NCBI RefSeq assembly: GCF_030028105.1
Contig: NC_092378.1
Coordinates: forward strand, 108,055,731 to 108,119,730
Direction of reading: 5' to 3'
DNA length: 64,000 nt
Origin: Mobula birostris
Taxonomy: Eukaryota
Shown here: in pieces, positions 37,917-49,971 of the stretch
Layout: the number at the start of each line of letters is the position of its first letter
How positions within the stretch are numbered: position 1 is the stretch's first letter
The notes under the pieces: generated by a model
What the model saw: only the letters and a program-made list of their open reading frames with translations
Told to the model about the DNA's origin: nothing
Database searches by the model: none
Position numbers and translations under genes: made by a program

Positions 37917-39530
37917 ACTGAGTATTGAAGTACTCTTTTTAAGGTGACGTTATGTCTAGTTTGTTTGTCTCTTTTTATTCAGCAAAAGAAAAAAATATTT
38001 CCAAATTTTAAGAGAACCATTTGTTTCCTAGGCAGTAGGAAGTCTGCTGTTAGTCCACTGCAGTTTGCCATGTGCTTTTTTTCCCCCCTAGTCAAATGCA
38101 TTTACTACGTGTCCTCCATGCTCAATATTAATACTAAATATTAATGGAACTGATAAAGTATTCAAATAATTGTGGCTGAAGTAGTGGAGATAATAATTAC
38201 TCTTTTAAGGTAAGTGTTTAGCCTCTATAACTTAATTTAAGATGTTACTTAAAGTACTGGTTTTGTTGCTTCTTTGGGCAATACTGCCTAAAGTTATCCA
38301 GAATGTATCTCAAATGGTAATGGAAAAGAAAGCACACTGATAACTGGTTCCAGTTTGGCCATGGCAATTAACACAGGCCACAGTACAGAATGCTTCTGCT
38401 CTGCATGATGATGTTGTAAAATGTGTTAGTCCTAACAGAAAGGTGCTGAGGAAGTACCTGATTTTATAATTTTAAAAAAAAGTATTTGTAAATTAACAAA
38501 TTAAGTAATCCAAATGCTGTTTTTGTGTTTAGATTGCAAACTGTTTCCCTGATTTGGTCCCAACAGTATCACTTTGTGGGCAGCAATCAGATACACTTCC
38601 CATATTTGTCCAATATTTTCCACATCTGTTACAGATGGTCATTATGTACTGGGGGAAGCAACTGGAAAGACCTGTGTTGTGGGAGTAGACTGTGATTGAT
38701 TATTTTCAAGCTTTCTAATTGGAGATGAGTGAAGTCATGTGGTAAAAAGCTTGGAACAAAAGCAGATATTGTGGTGGCCAACCAAGAACATGTGAATGTT
38801 GAACGGGAGCGAAAGTAAAACCTGGACAAACAAATGTGGCATCATTTGCACAATGTCTTCTAGGGATCTTGGCAAAATACATGTGTTTCTTGTTGTGAGA
38901 TGATCTAGAATCAGGAACCTGTTCAACAATAAGGGGTTAGTAAAGTGAATGAGATTGCTTCCTGTATCTAGAGTCTCTGGAATGTTCACTTCCTCAAAGG
39001 TTAAAGTAATCAGCTCATGAATGGCTTTGAAGTAGAGGTGCTTGATTCTTGATTGAACCAAGCCAAAAGGTGACACACTAAATTACAAGAGATGCACATG
39101 AATGTATTTAGTCTTCTATGGGTGACAGGAGAAGTGGGTTGCAAGGGTTTGGTAAGAAGCATGAATACCAGCAGTGGGCTGAATAGTCTGTCGTGCAAGA
39201 AGCTTTATTAATGCCTCTATGCAACCTCCACCTATCACTGAAAAATGTGTCACAACCCAAAATGTCAACTGTTCATTTATTGTCATAGACACTGCCGGAC
39301 CTGCTGAGTTCCTCCAGCAACTGCCTGTTGCTTCTTGCAATTTTAAAAGAATCATTGCTCATAAATAAATTGAGGTTGTTATGTTTGTGGTTCTGATCAT
39401 AAATTTCACTTTTAGTGTTTGCTGAAATCCAAGGGGATATAATCTCCGGTTTGTAATTACAACAAAAGCTGCACATAGTAAAGCTGAACCAAAAGAAGTT
39501 GGGGGCCCTCTGAGGATTAGCTATGTGTAT

Positions 39531-39580
39531 CAATGCCTATTGGCAATACCTATTCAATGCTAATGGCAATACCTATTCAA
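39531..39580. repeat. Short tandem duplication (~23-24 bp, two copies)
   Basis: caatgcctattggcaatacctatt caatgctaatggcaatacctatt caa. Confidence 0.8.
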
Positions 39581-39674
39581 GTGGGGCCCTATATAACAGC
39601 AAAGTGGGCAAACAATGTGTCCCTGTTAAGTATTAGCACTTCACAATAATCACAAACAAGTTCTCTTAATACTA

Positions 39675-40440
39675 GCAACACATGACAAACGCTGGAGGAA
39701 CTCAGCAGGCCAGTCAGCATCTATGGAAAAGAGTACAGTTGACGCTTCAGGCCAAGACCCTTCAGCAGGACTGGAGAAAAAAAGATGAGTAGAGTTTAAA
39801 AAAGGTGGGGGGAGGTGGAGGGTGAAACACAAGGTGATAGCTGGAACTGGGAGGAGGGGTGAAATAAAGAGCTGAGGTTGACTGGTGACTGAGATAAAGG
39901 GCTGGACAAGGGGAAAGCTAATAAGAGGACAGAAGGACATGGAAAACGAAAAGAGGGAGCAGTACCCGAGGGAGGCGATAAGCAGGCAAGGAGATCTGAT
40001 GAGAGGGGGGAATGGGAATGGGTAATGATGGGGGGGGGCATTACAGGTTGCTGGAAGTCTATGTTCATGCCATCAGGTTGGAGGCTACTAGACCGAATAC
40101 AAGGTGTTGCTCTTCCATCCTAAGTGTGGCCGCAGTGCGACAGTAGAGGAGGCCATGGATGAACATGTCAGAATAGGAATGGGAAGAGGAATGAAAATGG
40201 GTGGCCACTGGGAGAACCTGTTTTTTTTCTGCTGGACGGAGCATGGGTGCTCGGCGACGCGGTCTCCCAATTCCTGTCGGATCTCACCGGTATACGTGAG
40301 ACCACACTGGGAACACCGGATACAGTAGATAACCCCAGCTGACTCACAGGTGAAGTGTCGCCTCAACTGGAAGGACTGTTTGGGACCCTGAGTGGTATTG
40401 GGAGTGAGGAGGTGTAGAAGCAGTTGTAGCCCTTGTTTGT
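39675..40440 (-). mobile_element. Penelope-like element 3' fragment
   Basis: ORF 40088-40447 HFTCESAGVIYCIRCSQCGLTYTGE (GIY-YIG). Terminal repeat with mutated hammerhead at 39737-39772. Confidence 0.9.
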
Positions 40441-41481
40441 GGAACAAGTTTAGTTTGTATATAAAGGGGGAGATGGAAGATGCTTTAAGATTCTGCGAGA
40501 ATTTTTATTGTCTATGATAGTGTTTTCTAGGTTATGTAAAGGTCAATGTCTGATGCCTAAACTGCTATATCTGAGGGTGACTGTACTCGTCAATAATTAC
40601 TTTGCCTTTGTATTTTAGCAATATTTATTGTGTCTTCAGCAATAAGGATGGTACAAAGTCTTTGTTTAACGCCTCAACTGCTATTTAATTCTCTACCTCT
40701 AGTTTCTCTCAGGAAGAGTGGTTGAGTGTGGTTGTGCTTTTCCCTATTGTTGCCCAGCCTCTGGAATTAAGGCAACACTTGGCACCTCCACTGGCCAAGG
40801 ATTGTGGCACGGTGACAAAGAGGAGAGTTCTCTTTGTTGCTGTAGCCTTGGCTCCTTCCATGTTCCTGTTATTTATCGTATCCTGTGCATGGAAGCTTCA
40901 AAAAGGGAATTGCTTCATGTCGCAACTATTTCTGTGCCTCTGTTTATTTTTGTTGCTCCTTTCCTTTTTAATCTACAGAAGTTGCGTCCCCACCCACCCA
41001 CCCAAAATCTATTGATTTGCCCTTTACTTCTTCGGTTTTCTGATATCCATTGTTATCGCACTCTTTGCTACATTCAGTAGCATTTTATATGCATCATCTT
41101 TCAGCGTAATACGACCCTTAACCTCTTGTAGTAGGCCGTGGCTGGATCATTTTTCTTCATGGAGTTTATATTTCTGAATGGCAGCTTGCACTGCCTGCAA
41201 CATTGAGACAGTCTGCATCTTAATGCCTTGGCAGCTTAATTGAGCTCTTGGAAGTTAGGAGCTTTTTTTTTGCCCACCAGAAGCCAAATGAAAAAGGTGG
41301 AGTGCTCGGGGGGGGGGGGGGGTGTTTGCGGTTAGTCCACTGGCTGCTTGACCTTTTCTAACTCAGTTTGGTTATCCTTTGTCATGGGAGCCTGACTGCA
41401 GTATTCACTTCAGACTGCAAAGCTCACCTGTAGTTTGTTTTTCCTTTTAGACAGGTAAAACCAGGTCATTTTGAACAATGT

Positions 41482-41964
41482 NNNNNNNNNNNNNNNNNNN
41501 NNNNNNNNNNNNNNNNNNNNNNNNNNNNNNNNNNNNNNNNNNNNNNNNNNNNNNNNNNNNNNNNNNNNNNNNNNNNNNNNNNNNNNNNNNNNNNNNNNNN
41601 NNNNNNNNNNNNNNNNNNNNNNNNNNNNNNNNNNNNNNNNNNNNNNNNNNNNNNNNNNNNNNNNNNNNNNNNNNNNNNNNNNNNNNNNNNNNNNNNNNNN
41701 NNNNNNNNNNNNNNNNNNNNNNNNNNNNNNNNNNNNNNNNNNNNNNNNNNNNNNNNNNNNNNNNNNNNNNNNNNNNNNNNNNNNNNNNNNNNNNNNNNNN
41801 NNNNNNNNNNNNNNNNNNNNNNNNNNNNNNNNNNNNNNNNNNNNNNNNNNNNNNNNNNNNNNNNNNNNNNNNNNNNNNNNNNNNNNNNNNNNNNNNNNNN
41901 NNNNNNNNNNNNNNNNNNNNNNNNNNNNNNNNNNNNNNNNNNNNNNNNNNNNNNNNNNNNNNNN
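41482..41964. other. Assembly gap (483 N)
   Basis: Run of N. Confidence 1.
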
Positions 41965-44214
41965 CCCCCCCTTAGGATTAGCTGGAACACTCAGGCTACC
42001 TTAATCATTCCAGTACTAAACTTGAAATCAGCCTGTTTTTGGGCAAAGAAATTGTACATATTTCTTTCAAATTGTTCTGTACTACTTAAATTGACTGTGA
42101 CCAGATAGGAACTAGTGATTATGATTCTGTTCCTTGATATATCCAAGGTGCTGTCACAGCAGTACTTATGTAGGTTCAGTTCAGTAAAAGATGGGTGAAG
42201 GGTGTGTGTCTGGTGTTATTTTTTCCCCTGATCCCTCATCCACCTGGCATAATCAGTGCTCATTGGTGGTGCTGCTGAATTATTCATTTTTGAGGCTCTT
42301 ATTTCTATTTCAAGGTAGCAAGGGAGATGCTTTTTTTTTAAAGAATAGGCCAATATATTGCTGCATTAACATCAGCATTATTGGTGATGTTAATACTGGC
42401 CATAAAATATTTCAATATTTTTTCCTGTCCATCAAAACCATAAACAGTGCATTTATATTAAATTCAAGGCCAAAGTGTTCTGCCTGGGAATGAGAAATAT
42501 TGGGCTGTGTAATCGCTTCGTTCAATAAGACATTTGAACTTATGTTCACATTTTTTTTGCTTCTCTCGTTTCAGAGAATGCAGGTATTATAAGTTGTGAT
42601 GCTGCTATAAAATGAATTTTTTTGGAGGCTTAAACTCTGGCATCTTTGCAAGGTGAAGGAAGGACTTGGCTGCAGATCTGTGGCTTAAGTAAAGCGGAGT
42701 ACAAAGGATTGTTTGGTGTAATGTGTTTTGTTTCTCAGTTTATCTCGAGATTCTCAAGTCATCTAATAATAGAACAGCTGAAGATAGTTCACTGACAGGA
42801 TTGGAATGGTGTTTGTGGAGCTTACTGTAGAATCCAGTTTTAGACTTCTTTGCTACAGACTTGGATTTCAGTCTCCCATACAGTACCACACATCATTTTG
42901 ACTGATTGCCTTTCATCATTCCTCATGACAGTTATTTGGGTAACTGTTGTTTCCCTTCTACATTTTGCTTGAATCATACGCTCTACTGCCGATGGTTGGA
43001 TGTTATGGGCTTTGTCTATTTGATATTCTTCAGTAGCTGTTCTGCAGCAGACTCTATCTTCAATGGATTTGGCAGGCTTGTCCTCTTCCTCTCCCTGTCC
43101 ACCCTCTTTGCCAAGATGCAGAATAGCATTGTAGTGAGGTTTGTCAGCCAGCAACTGCTTAGCTGAGAGCCAGTGTGCCTCGTGAGTCACTCTCCCTGAA
43201 CTGGAGTCCAACAGTGAATTGCTACACCCACCAAAAGGCTGCTGACTCTGCATTAACATAATTTGCCAATTATGGCGCTTTGGAGTGAAGTGACGGTTTG
43301 TGAAGTTTTTGAAAACAAATTGCCAGGAAAAACTTTGCCTTTTTCAGCAGCTGAATTTCATACTTCTCAAGGACTTTTTCTTTTCTTGAAGATGACCAAA
43401 CTTGAGAAAGGATTAAAAATAAGGTATTTTGTGCATGTGAACCCTTGGGGCACAATGAATGAAAATGAGTGCTCCACTCTATCCAGTTGTTGTGGTCTTG
43501 ATGGCAATAGTTTCACAATGCAAGCTTATGTACTGTATTTAATGGCTGTCAGAGTTGTGCAGGCATATTCTTTATCAAGAAGTTGCCTTTTAAAAGCCAA
43601 CCAAAGATGGTGATGCTTCACACATTCAGTCTGACAAATTTCTGCTATGCTTTCTATAAATGAAGAGTGTAGACTTGCACAGATTAAGATAAATTAAATG
43701 TTTCCAGGCCACACAAGAACTAAAATTGGAATGTTGCTGGTGCTCGAAGAAAATGCATTGTTAGAAATTTTAGCACAGAAGGAAGGAGGTGGGGCAGTTT
43801 GGCTCATCACAACTGTACTTCTCTTGGAAAGTGCCATCCAAAACATTCTAGTATCCTGCCTTTTTCCCAAATACTTGCATATTTTCCCTTTAGAAGTATT
43901 TATCCTTCTCTTTTTGCAATGTCTTTGGGACAAATTACAAGTATTTCTAAAGTGTAAGATGCAGTGTGAGAATGATGTTTATCAATGGAAAGATTTTTAT
44001 GTATATTTTGGCAGGTAACAATTATCACACAGACTGACTTTTTTAAGAAAGCCTCCTCACCCATTTTACTATCTATGCTACATATCAATAAAATGCCTAT
44101 TATGAAGAGGACATTTTGATCATCTTGTGAAGAGTGTCCTCTGACCATTGAGGTGTCACATTTTATACCACGACATCAGCAGACCCATGACAGTGCATGA
44201 CCAGGGAATCATTT

Positions 44215-45470
44215 GTAGAGAAGGATAACAGAGAAACAGGCCCTTTGGCCCATTTAGCCCATGTTGAAACCACTTCAACTGCCTACTCCCATTGACCTGC
44301 ACTGGGACCATAGCCCTCCATTCCCCTACCATTCAAACTTCTCTTAAATGTTGAAATAAAGCTTGCATGCACCACTTGTCCTGGCAGCTCATTCCACACT
44401 CATGACCCTCTGAGTGAAGAAATTTCCCTCATGTTCCCCTTAAACTTTCATGCTTAACCTGTGACCTGTTTGTAGTTCCACCCAATTTCACAGTGGAAAA
44501 GGCCTGCTTGCATTGGATCTATACCCTTCATAATTTTGTATACCTCTATCAAATTTTCCCTCAATCTTCTGCGTTCCAAGGAATAAAATCCTAACCTATT
44601 CAATGTTTCCTTATAAATCAGGTCCTCCAGTCCCGGCAGCGTCCTTGTAAATTCTCTCCATACTTCAAATTTATTTGCATCTTTCCTATAGGTAGGAGAC
44701 CTAAACTGCACGCAATATTCCAAATTATGCCTCCCCAATGTCTTATACCACTTCAAGTTAACATCCCATCTCCTGCACTCAATACATTGATTTAGGAAGA
44801 TCATTCTGCCAAAGGCTTTCTTTACGATCCTGTCTACCTGTGACACCACTTTCAACAAATTATGGACCTATATTCCAAGACCCCTTTGTTCACACTCCTC
44901 AGTTCATTTTGCAAAACTTCACACTTGTCTGTGTTAAATTCCATCTGCCACTTTTCCAACTGATGTGGATCCCTCTGCAAGCTATGGTAGCCTTCCTCAT
45001 TGTCCACTGCACGCCCAATCATGGTGTGATCCACAAATCTGCTGATCCAGATCATTGCTCTTGATGACAAACAACAATGGACCCAGCACCGATTTCTGTG
45101 GCATTCAGCTGGTCACAGTCCTCCAGTCAGAGAGGCAACCATCTACTACCACCCTCTGGCTTCTCCCACAAAGCCAATTTGCTACCTCGTCCTGAATGCC
45201 AAGCAACTGAACCTTCTTGACCAGCCTCCCATGCGGGACCTTGTCAAATGCCTTGTTAAAGTTCAAGTAGACAACATCCACTCCCCTGCCTTCATCCACA
45301 TTCCTGGTAATATCCTCGAAAATCTCTATCAGATTGTTAGACATGACCTACCATGTACAAAGCCATGATGACTATCCTTAATCAGTCCATATCTATCCGA
45401 ATACTTATATCTCCAGTCCTTTAGAATAACTTGCCCACAACTGATGTCAGACTCACCAGCCTGTTAATTT
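44215..45470 (-). mobile_element. CR1 LINE RT/3' fragment with internal deletions
   Basis: VSLTSVVGKL, VDVVYLNFNKAFDKVPHGRL, EKWQMEFNTDKCEVL, LEYCVQF, YSLERRRLR. Confidence 0.9.
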
Positions 45471-45535
45471 TCTGGGAGTGGTGTACAGCTGCTGATAATG
45501 GTGAAACTTGCTGTGTAAACTTGGCTGTGCTGGAC

Positions 45536-45623
45536 ATTTCGGACGAAGGGTCTTGGCCCAAAACATCGACTATACCTCTACCTAGAGATGCTGCCTGGCC
45601 TGCGGCGTTCACCAGCAACTTTT
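45536..45623 (+). mobile_element. Penelope terminal-repeat fragment with truncated/mutated hammerhead
   Basis: GACGAAGGGTCTTGGCCCAAAACATCGACTATACC...GTTCACCAGCAACTTT. Confidence 0.85.
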
Positions 45624-46014
45624 AAGAGTGTTAGATTGAACTTTTTTTTGGTGTGCAGGATGGGAACTATATTTTAAATGGCAGTCTGTTCCCTCGAATA
45701 ATGTTGAACTATCGTACAACACTTGATGTATAAGACATTAAGGTTATTGATGGGAATGGACTTTGAAAATTTCCACTACACCACTGATTAGCAGTGAACA
45801 TTAACCGGATTGGTTCATTGAGTCTCCCCGCCCAATCACCCAAAGTGGAGTAAGTATTTGTCCAGACTGGGAGTGCAGGAACAGGGGCTGGGGAATCAAT
45901 AGCCTGGTTTATGTGCAAACAACAGGAATTCTGTAGATGCTGGAAATTCAAGCAGCACACATCAAAGTTGCTGGTGAACTCAGCAGGCCAGGCAGCATCT
46001 CTAGGAAGAGGTAC

Positions 46015-46050
46015 AGTCGACGTTTCAGGCCAAGACCCTTCATCAGGACT
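46015..46050 (-). ncRNA. Minimal type I hammerhead ribozyme motif, core intact
   Basis: AGUC-CUGAUGA-AGGGUCUUGGCCU-GAA-ACGU-C-GACU: helix I AGUC/GACU, CUGANGA and GAAA core, palindromic ACGU helix III, GUC cleavage triplet. Confidence 0.8.
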
Positions 46051-46098
46051 CCCCCTCCCCCTCCCACTTTCAAATCTCTTACTAACTCTTCCTTCAGT

Positions 46099-46136
46099 TA
46101 GTCCTGACGAAGGGTCTCGGCCTGAAACGTCGACTA
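46099..46136 (+). ncRNA. Minimal type I hammerhead ribozyme motif, core intact
   Basis: UAGUC-CUGACGA-AGGGUCUCGGCCU-GAA-ACGU-C-GACUA. Confidence 0.8.
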
Positions 46137-46252
46137 TACCTCTTCCTAGAGATGCTGCCTGGCCTGCTGCGTTCACTAGCAACTTTGATGTGTGTTGCCT
46201 GGTTTATGTGCATTGTTTTCTGAGATAACTGTTGCTACTATCACTTGTTGGT

Positions 46253-46679
46253 AAGATGGTGGCACGCTTGGATGCAATGACTTCTATGGAGCCAGCAGCC
46301 AAAGTTGTTGACTTTTTAAACATTATTTATGATGGCAAAGACCTGCTGGACATTAGAACTCAACTGGAGAGAGTTGTTATGCTCCACTGGAGTACCACAG
46401 GTGGTGTGGCATGGCAAACGTGCTGGAGTCTGTGCTGTCCTTTAGTGTCCACTAGGCAGAAGACGAGTTGTATTGTGACGAGCTGTGTTACTGCTGCAAC
46501 ATTCATGGACCGTCTTGAACCAGCCTTTTTGTTTGTGTGTGATTATATTTTAGTACTATATGTGCTTTATACTGTGCATGACATTTGGTACTGTGTTTTG
46601 CATCTTGGCTCTGGAGTAACGATATTTCATTTGACTGTGTTCATGTATGGTTGAATGACCATTAAATTTGAAATTGAAA
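46253..46679 (+). mobile_element. Non-autonomous retroelement with AAGATGG(C/T)G head and Rex1-type tail, older copy
   Basis: Starts AAGATGGTGGC. Ends TGAATGACCATTAAATTTGAAATTGAA, like the tail at 24975-25002. Confidence 0.5.
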
Positions 46680-46718
46680 GATGGTCATCAGATTGGGGAC
46701 AGTACACTGATGTGCCTG

Positions 46719-46820
46719 TGCCCTGATGAAAGGTCTTGGTCTGAAACCTTGACTGTCTACTCTTTTCCATAGATGCTGCCTGGCCTGCTGCATTCCTCCA
46801 GCATTTTGAGTGTGTTACCT
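46719..46820 (+). mobile_element. Penelope terminal-repeat fragment with degenerate hammerhead
   Basis: CTGATGAAAGGTCTTGGTCTGAAACCTTGACTG...CATAGATGCTGCCTGGCCTGCTG. Confidence 0.8.
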
Positions 46821-47632
46821 CCTAATGTGTGTCAGCTCAGAAGTGACCAGGAGCCCAACTTGCAGGAAATGAAAATTTTTAAATTGCAACAGGTTCTGGA
46901 CCTGAAATATCAACTGCTTCTCTTTCTCCAGATGCTTCGTGACCCAAACATTTCCAATATCTTTTCTTGTTATTGGTAACTTGCAAGATGAATCGGATCT
47001 GTTCCAGGGTGCACTTTCCCTGAAAGTGAGGCATGTAACTGTGCTTTACGTAGCTTCTGCACCACATAATCACTATGCACCAGTCTATGATGATCCCAGG
47101 AACCTGTTCATCACCAGTGAGGCTTGTAAGACCCTTTCCTCTTCCAGTTTTTGTGGGGAAAATATCATGGTAATACAAGTCCAAGCTGGTGTTTGGGGCA
47201 CATTTGTAGCCAAGGGATAATGTAAGGGACTCGTGGAGGATGGACAACCTAGCTTTGCAATTTAATTTGTTAAAATTGGACAAATTTAAGAGAAGTTAAT
47301 TATATTTTTAAAAAAACGCCAGGCCGGTACTGTTAACGCGAACTCTGAATAGTAAAGGCAGCCTGCAAGAGCAGTGTTTGTGTAGGCATTTTGGAGTTAC
47401 ATCATTGTAACATAATGTCTGTGCTAATGGCTTTTTTTAGGATTGGTTCTTTGGCTGCCTGCCTTTAATTGCACCGACCCCCTGGCTCCAGTGATGTCAT
47501 TAAGATAATTTGGATATCTGGAAGTTAATTTTTTTTTATATATAATTGCTCTCTGTTCAAAATAGAACTCACGATCACTGCAGAAAGAGTCGTTCATTTA
47601 CAATGAGGGCCAACTTAAAGGAAAGTGAAATG

Positions 47633-48493
47633 CATATAGAAACATAGAAAATAGGTGCAGGAGTAGGCCATTCGATATGATCATGGCTGATCATCCAAAT
47701 CAGAACCCTCTACGTGACTTCTCTCCATACCCTCTGATCCCTTTAGCCACAAAGGCCGTATCTAACTCCCTCTTAAATATAGCCAATGAACTGGCCTCAA
47801 CTGTTTCCTGTGTTAGAGAATTCCACAGATTCACCACTCTCTGTGTGAAGAAGTTTTTCCTTATCTCGGTCCTAAAAGGCTTCCCCTTTATCCTCAAGCT
47901 GTGACCCCTCATTCTGGACTTCCCCAACATCGGGAACAATCTTCCTGCATCTAGCCTGTCCAATCCCTTTAGAATTTTATACATTTCAATAAGATCCCCT
48001 CTCAATCTTCTAAATTCCAGAGAGTATAAGCCTAGTCGATCCAGTCTTTCATCATATGAAAGTCCTGCCATCCCAGGAATCAATCTGGTGAACCACCTTT
48101 GTACTCCCTCTATGGCAAGAATATCTTTCCTCAGATTAGGGGACCAAAACTTCACACAATACTCCAGGTGTGGTGTCACCAAGGCCTTGTACAACTGCAG
48201 TAGTACCTCCCTGCTGCTGTACTCAAATCCTCTTGCTATGAATGCCAGCATACCATTCGCCTTTTTCACCACCTGCTGTACCTGCATGCCCACTTTCAAT
48301 GACTGGTGTAGAATGACACCCAGGTCTCGTTGCACCTCCCCTTTTCCTAATCAGCCACCATTCAGATAATAATCTGTTTTCCTGTTTTTGCCACCAAAGT
48401 GGATAACCTCACATTTATCCACATTAAATTGCATCTGCCATGAATTTGCGCATTCGCCTAACCTATCCAAGTCACCCTGCATCCTCTTAGCAT
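47633..48493 (-). mobile_element. Young CR1 3' fragment with an uninterrupted 211-aa ORF2 C-terminus (47700-48335)
   Basis: QRDLGV...KKANGMLAFIARG...HLEYCVKFWSP...YSLEFRRLRGDLIE...RGHSL...FFTQRVVNLWNSL. Tail CTATGTTTCTAT. Confidence 0.95.
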
Positions 48494-48978
48494 CATATCA
48501 AGATAGTATTTCACGAACTTTATTGAAATGTTTGTGTGATTTTTGATAACAATGGGAATTGTCCCTGTAACATTACAAGGGACTGCTATTATTGGAGGTG
48601 CTCCACATGGCGACCATACCTGTAAGCTCAGATGTATCCTGAGGAGCTGGAGAACCCAGATTGGGACATCCCAGCAGCGGACTGGGGCTCAACTTCTCGT
48701 GATGCTAATTTATCAGGCTTGTGAATGAGGTATAACAAGTGAAAGGAAGGTAGAACAGTGGATGTAACCATTAGTGTCCTTCAATAATCTTAGAAGGACA
48801 AATCTTGGATTTTGGTGTGTCAGTTATTTAACATTGAGATATGAGTGTGTATCTACATGTGTTTCCAGTAAAGAACAGATTTGGGGAAAAGTTATTGAAT
48901 AAAAAATAACCACTTTCAAAAATGCACTCTCAATGTATACACAAGAAACTCTGATTATTGCATACATAAACACTACAA

Positions 48979-49057
48979 TAGAAGTTTCCAACCTTTTTAT
49001 GCCATGGAGCCTTACCATTAATTGAGGGGTCCATGGACCTGGGTTTGGGAACTCCTG
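48979..49057. mobile_element. hAT (Charlie-like) MITE, 79 bp
   Basis: Imperfect TIRs TAGAAGTTTCCAACC and GGTTTGGGAACTCCTG. 8-bp TSD CACTACAA / CACTACAC (48971-48978, 49058-49065). Confidence 0.8.
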
Positions 49058-49971
49058 CACTACACTGAGCCAACATGAAGTGTATTACTGTTTTAAAAAG
49101 TATGTGTGGGCTTTCAGGCAATTGAACTTTACTTTTCAAAGATTTATTATAATTTTATTAAATTTTGTAACCATGTTAAATTGGTGTCCTAAGTTCTTAG
49201 CAGAGAGTCATTCTGGCTGCAGTTAATAAGCTGAATGTGGCGTTTCAGATTAGTTCATTATGATGAATTTCTGAAGTAGTTTAGCAAATTTCAGGAATGA
49301 ACTAATTGAGGGGGGATGGGGAGGAAAAGATTAGAATGTAAGTGGCTGATCAAAACAAGACAACACGAAATGCCACAGTGAACAAATGAGCTCATTGTAG
49401 CAATGACTAAGTGTTTTGTCTCCCGTCACTCCTCCTGACTGCCCTTGTTAATCTATAATCAGAACCAGTCATCTGTACTATCAGGTCAATGTGTGTCTTA
49501 TGCACAGTCTTTTTTTTTGAGCTGGTTGTGAGATTCTTTGTGCAGCATACTGTAAGTACAGTGAGCATCTTATTCAGCATGGACATTGATTTAATACAGC
49601 AATCACAAAGCGGTTCTCTTTCACCACACTCTTGATGCATTCAGCAAATTATAGTGAATCTTCTGCTTGGAAATTCCATATAGTGGCCTGAGATTTGACA
49701 CCATTATTTTGGAGGGGTTTGCTATTCCTGTGGCAGTCCTCTAAGGGAAGTAGCCTTGAGGTTCTTGCCATTGGCACGTTGTACTCCATTCCTGCAGAAG
49801 GAAGCCCGTTTGAACTACTGCGTGCAGTATAGTACTAATGCACGTTGGTGACCTACAGTGCATGCATGATACTGGAAAAGCACTAGGTGGTTTAACCACA
49901 GCTGTAGAATGAAAGGGTAAGATGACCATGTTTCTAAATATTTTACTTCAAATGTAATGTACTTGAATTTT

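Larger units (their letters stand above)
45918..46196. mobile_element. Palindromic mini-Penelope insertion (two inverted terminal repeats) with 16-bp TSD
   Basis: TSD GCCTGGTTTATGTGCA at 45902-45917 and 46197-46212. Arms 45952-46050 and 46100-46198 differ at 6 of 99 positions by my count. Confidence 0.92.

Noticed and set aside
38406-38461. Box C/D snoRNA-like ATGATGA...CTGA (also 35314-35361)
   Set aside because: Too short, no terminal stem, no recognisable rRNA guide.
38533-38700. Possible coding exon after TTTTTGTGTTTTAG (similar acceptors at ~3257, ~27579, ~41450, ~51427)
   Set aside because: No recognisable protein or consistent donor and frame. Such acceptors are common in T-rich DNA.
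41466-42004. Three long ORFs spanning the N run
   Set aside because: Artefacts of translating an assembly gap.
45709-46228. 157-aa ORF with repeated peptides (PDEGSxPETST, LPRDAAWPA)
   Set aside because: Translation of the palindromic Penelope repeat. The conserved 'peptide' is the hammerhead RNA motif.
47700-48335. Intact 211-aa ORF as a host gene
   Set aside because: It is the C-terminus of CR1 ORF2 in a 5'-truncated copy lacking the RT core.
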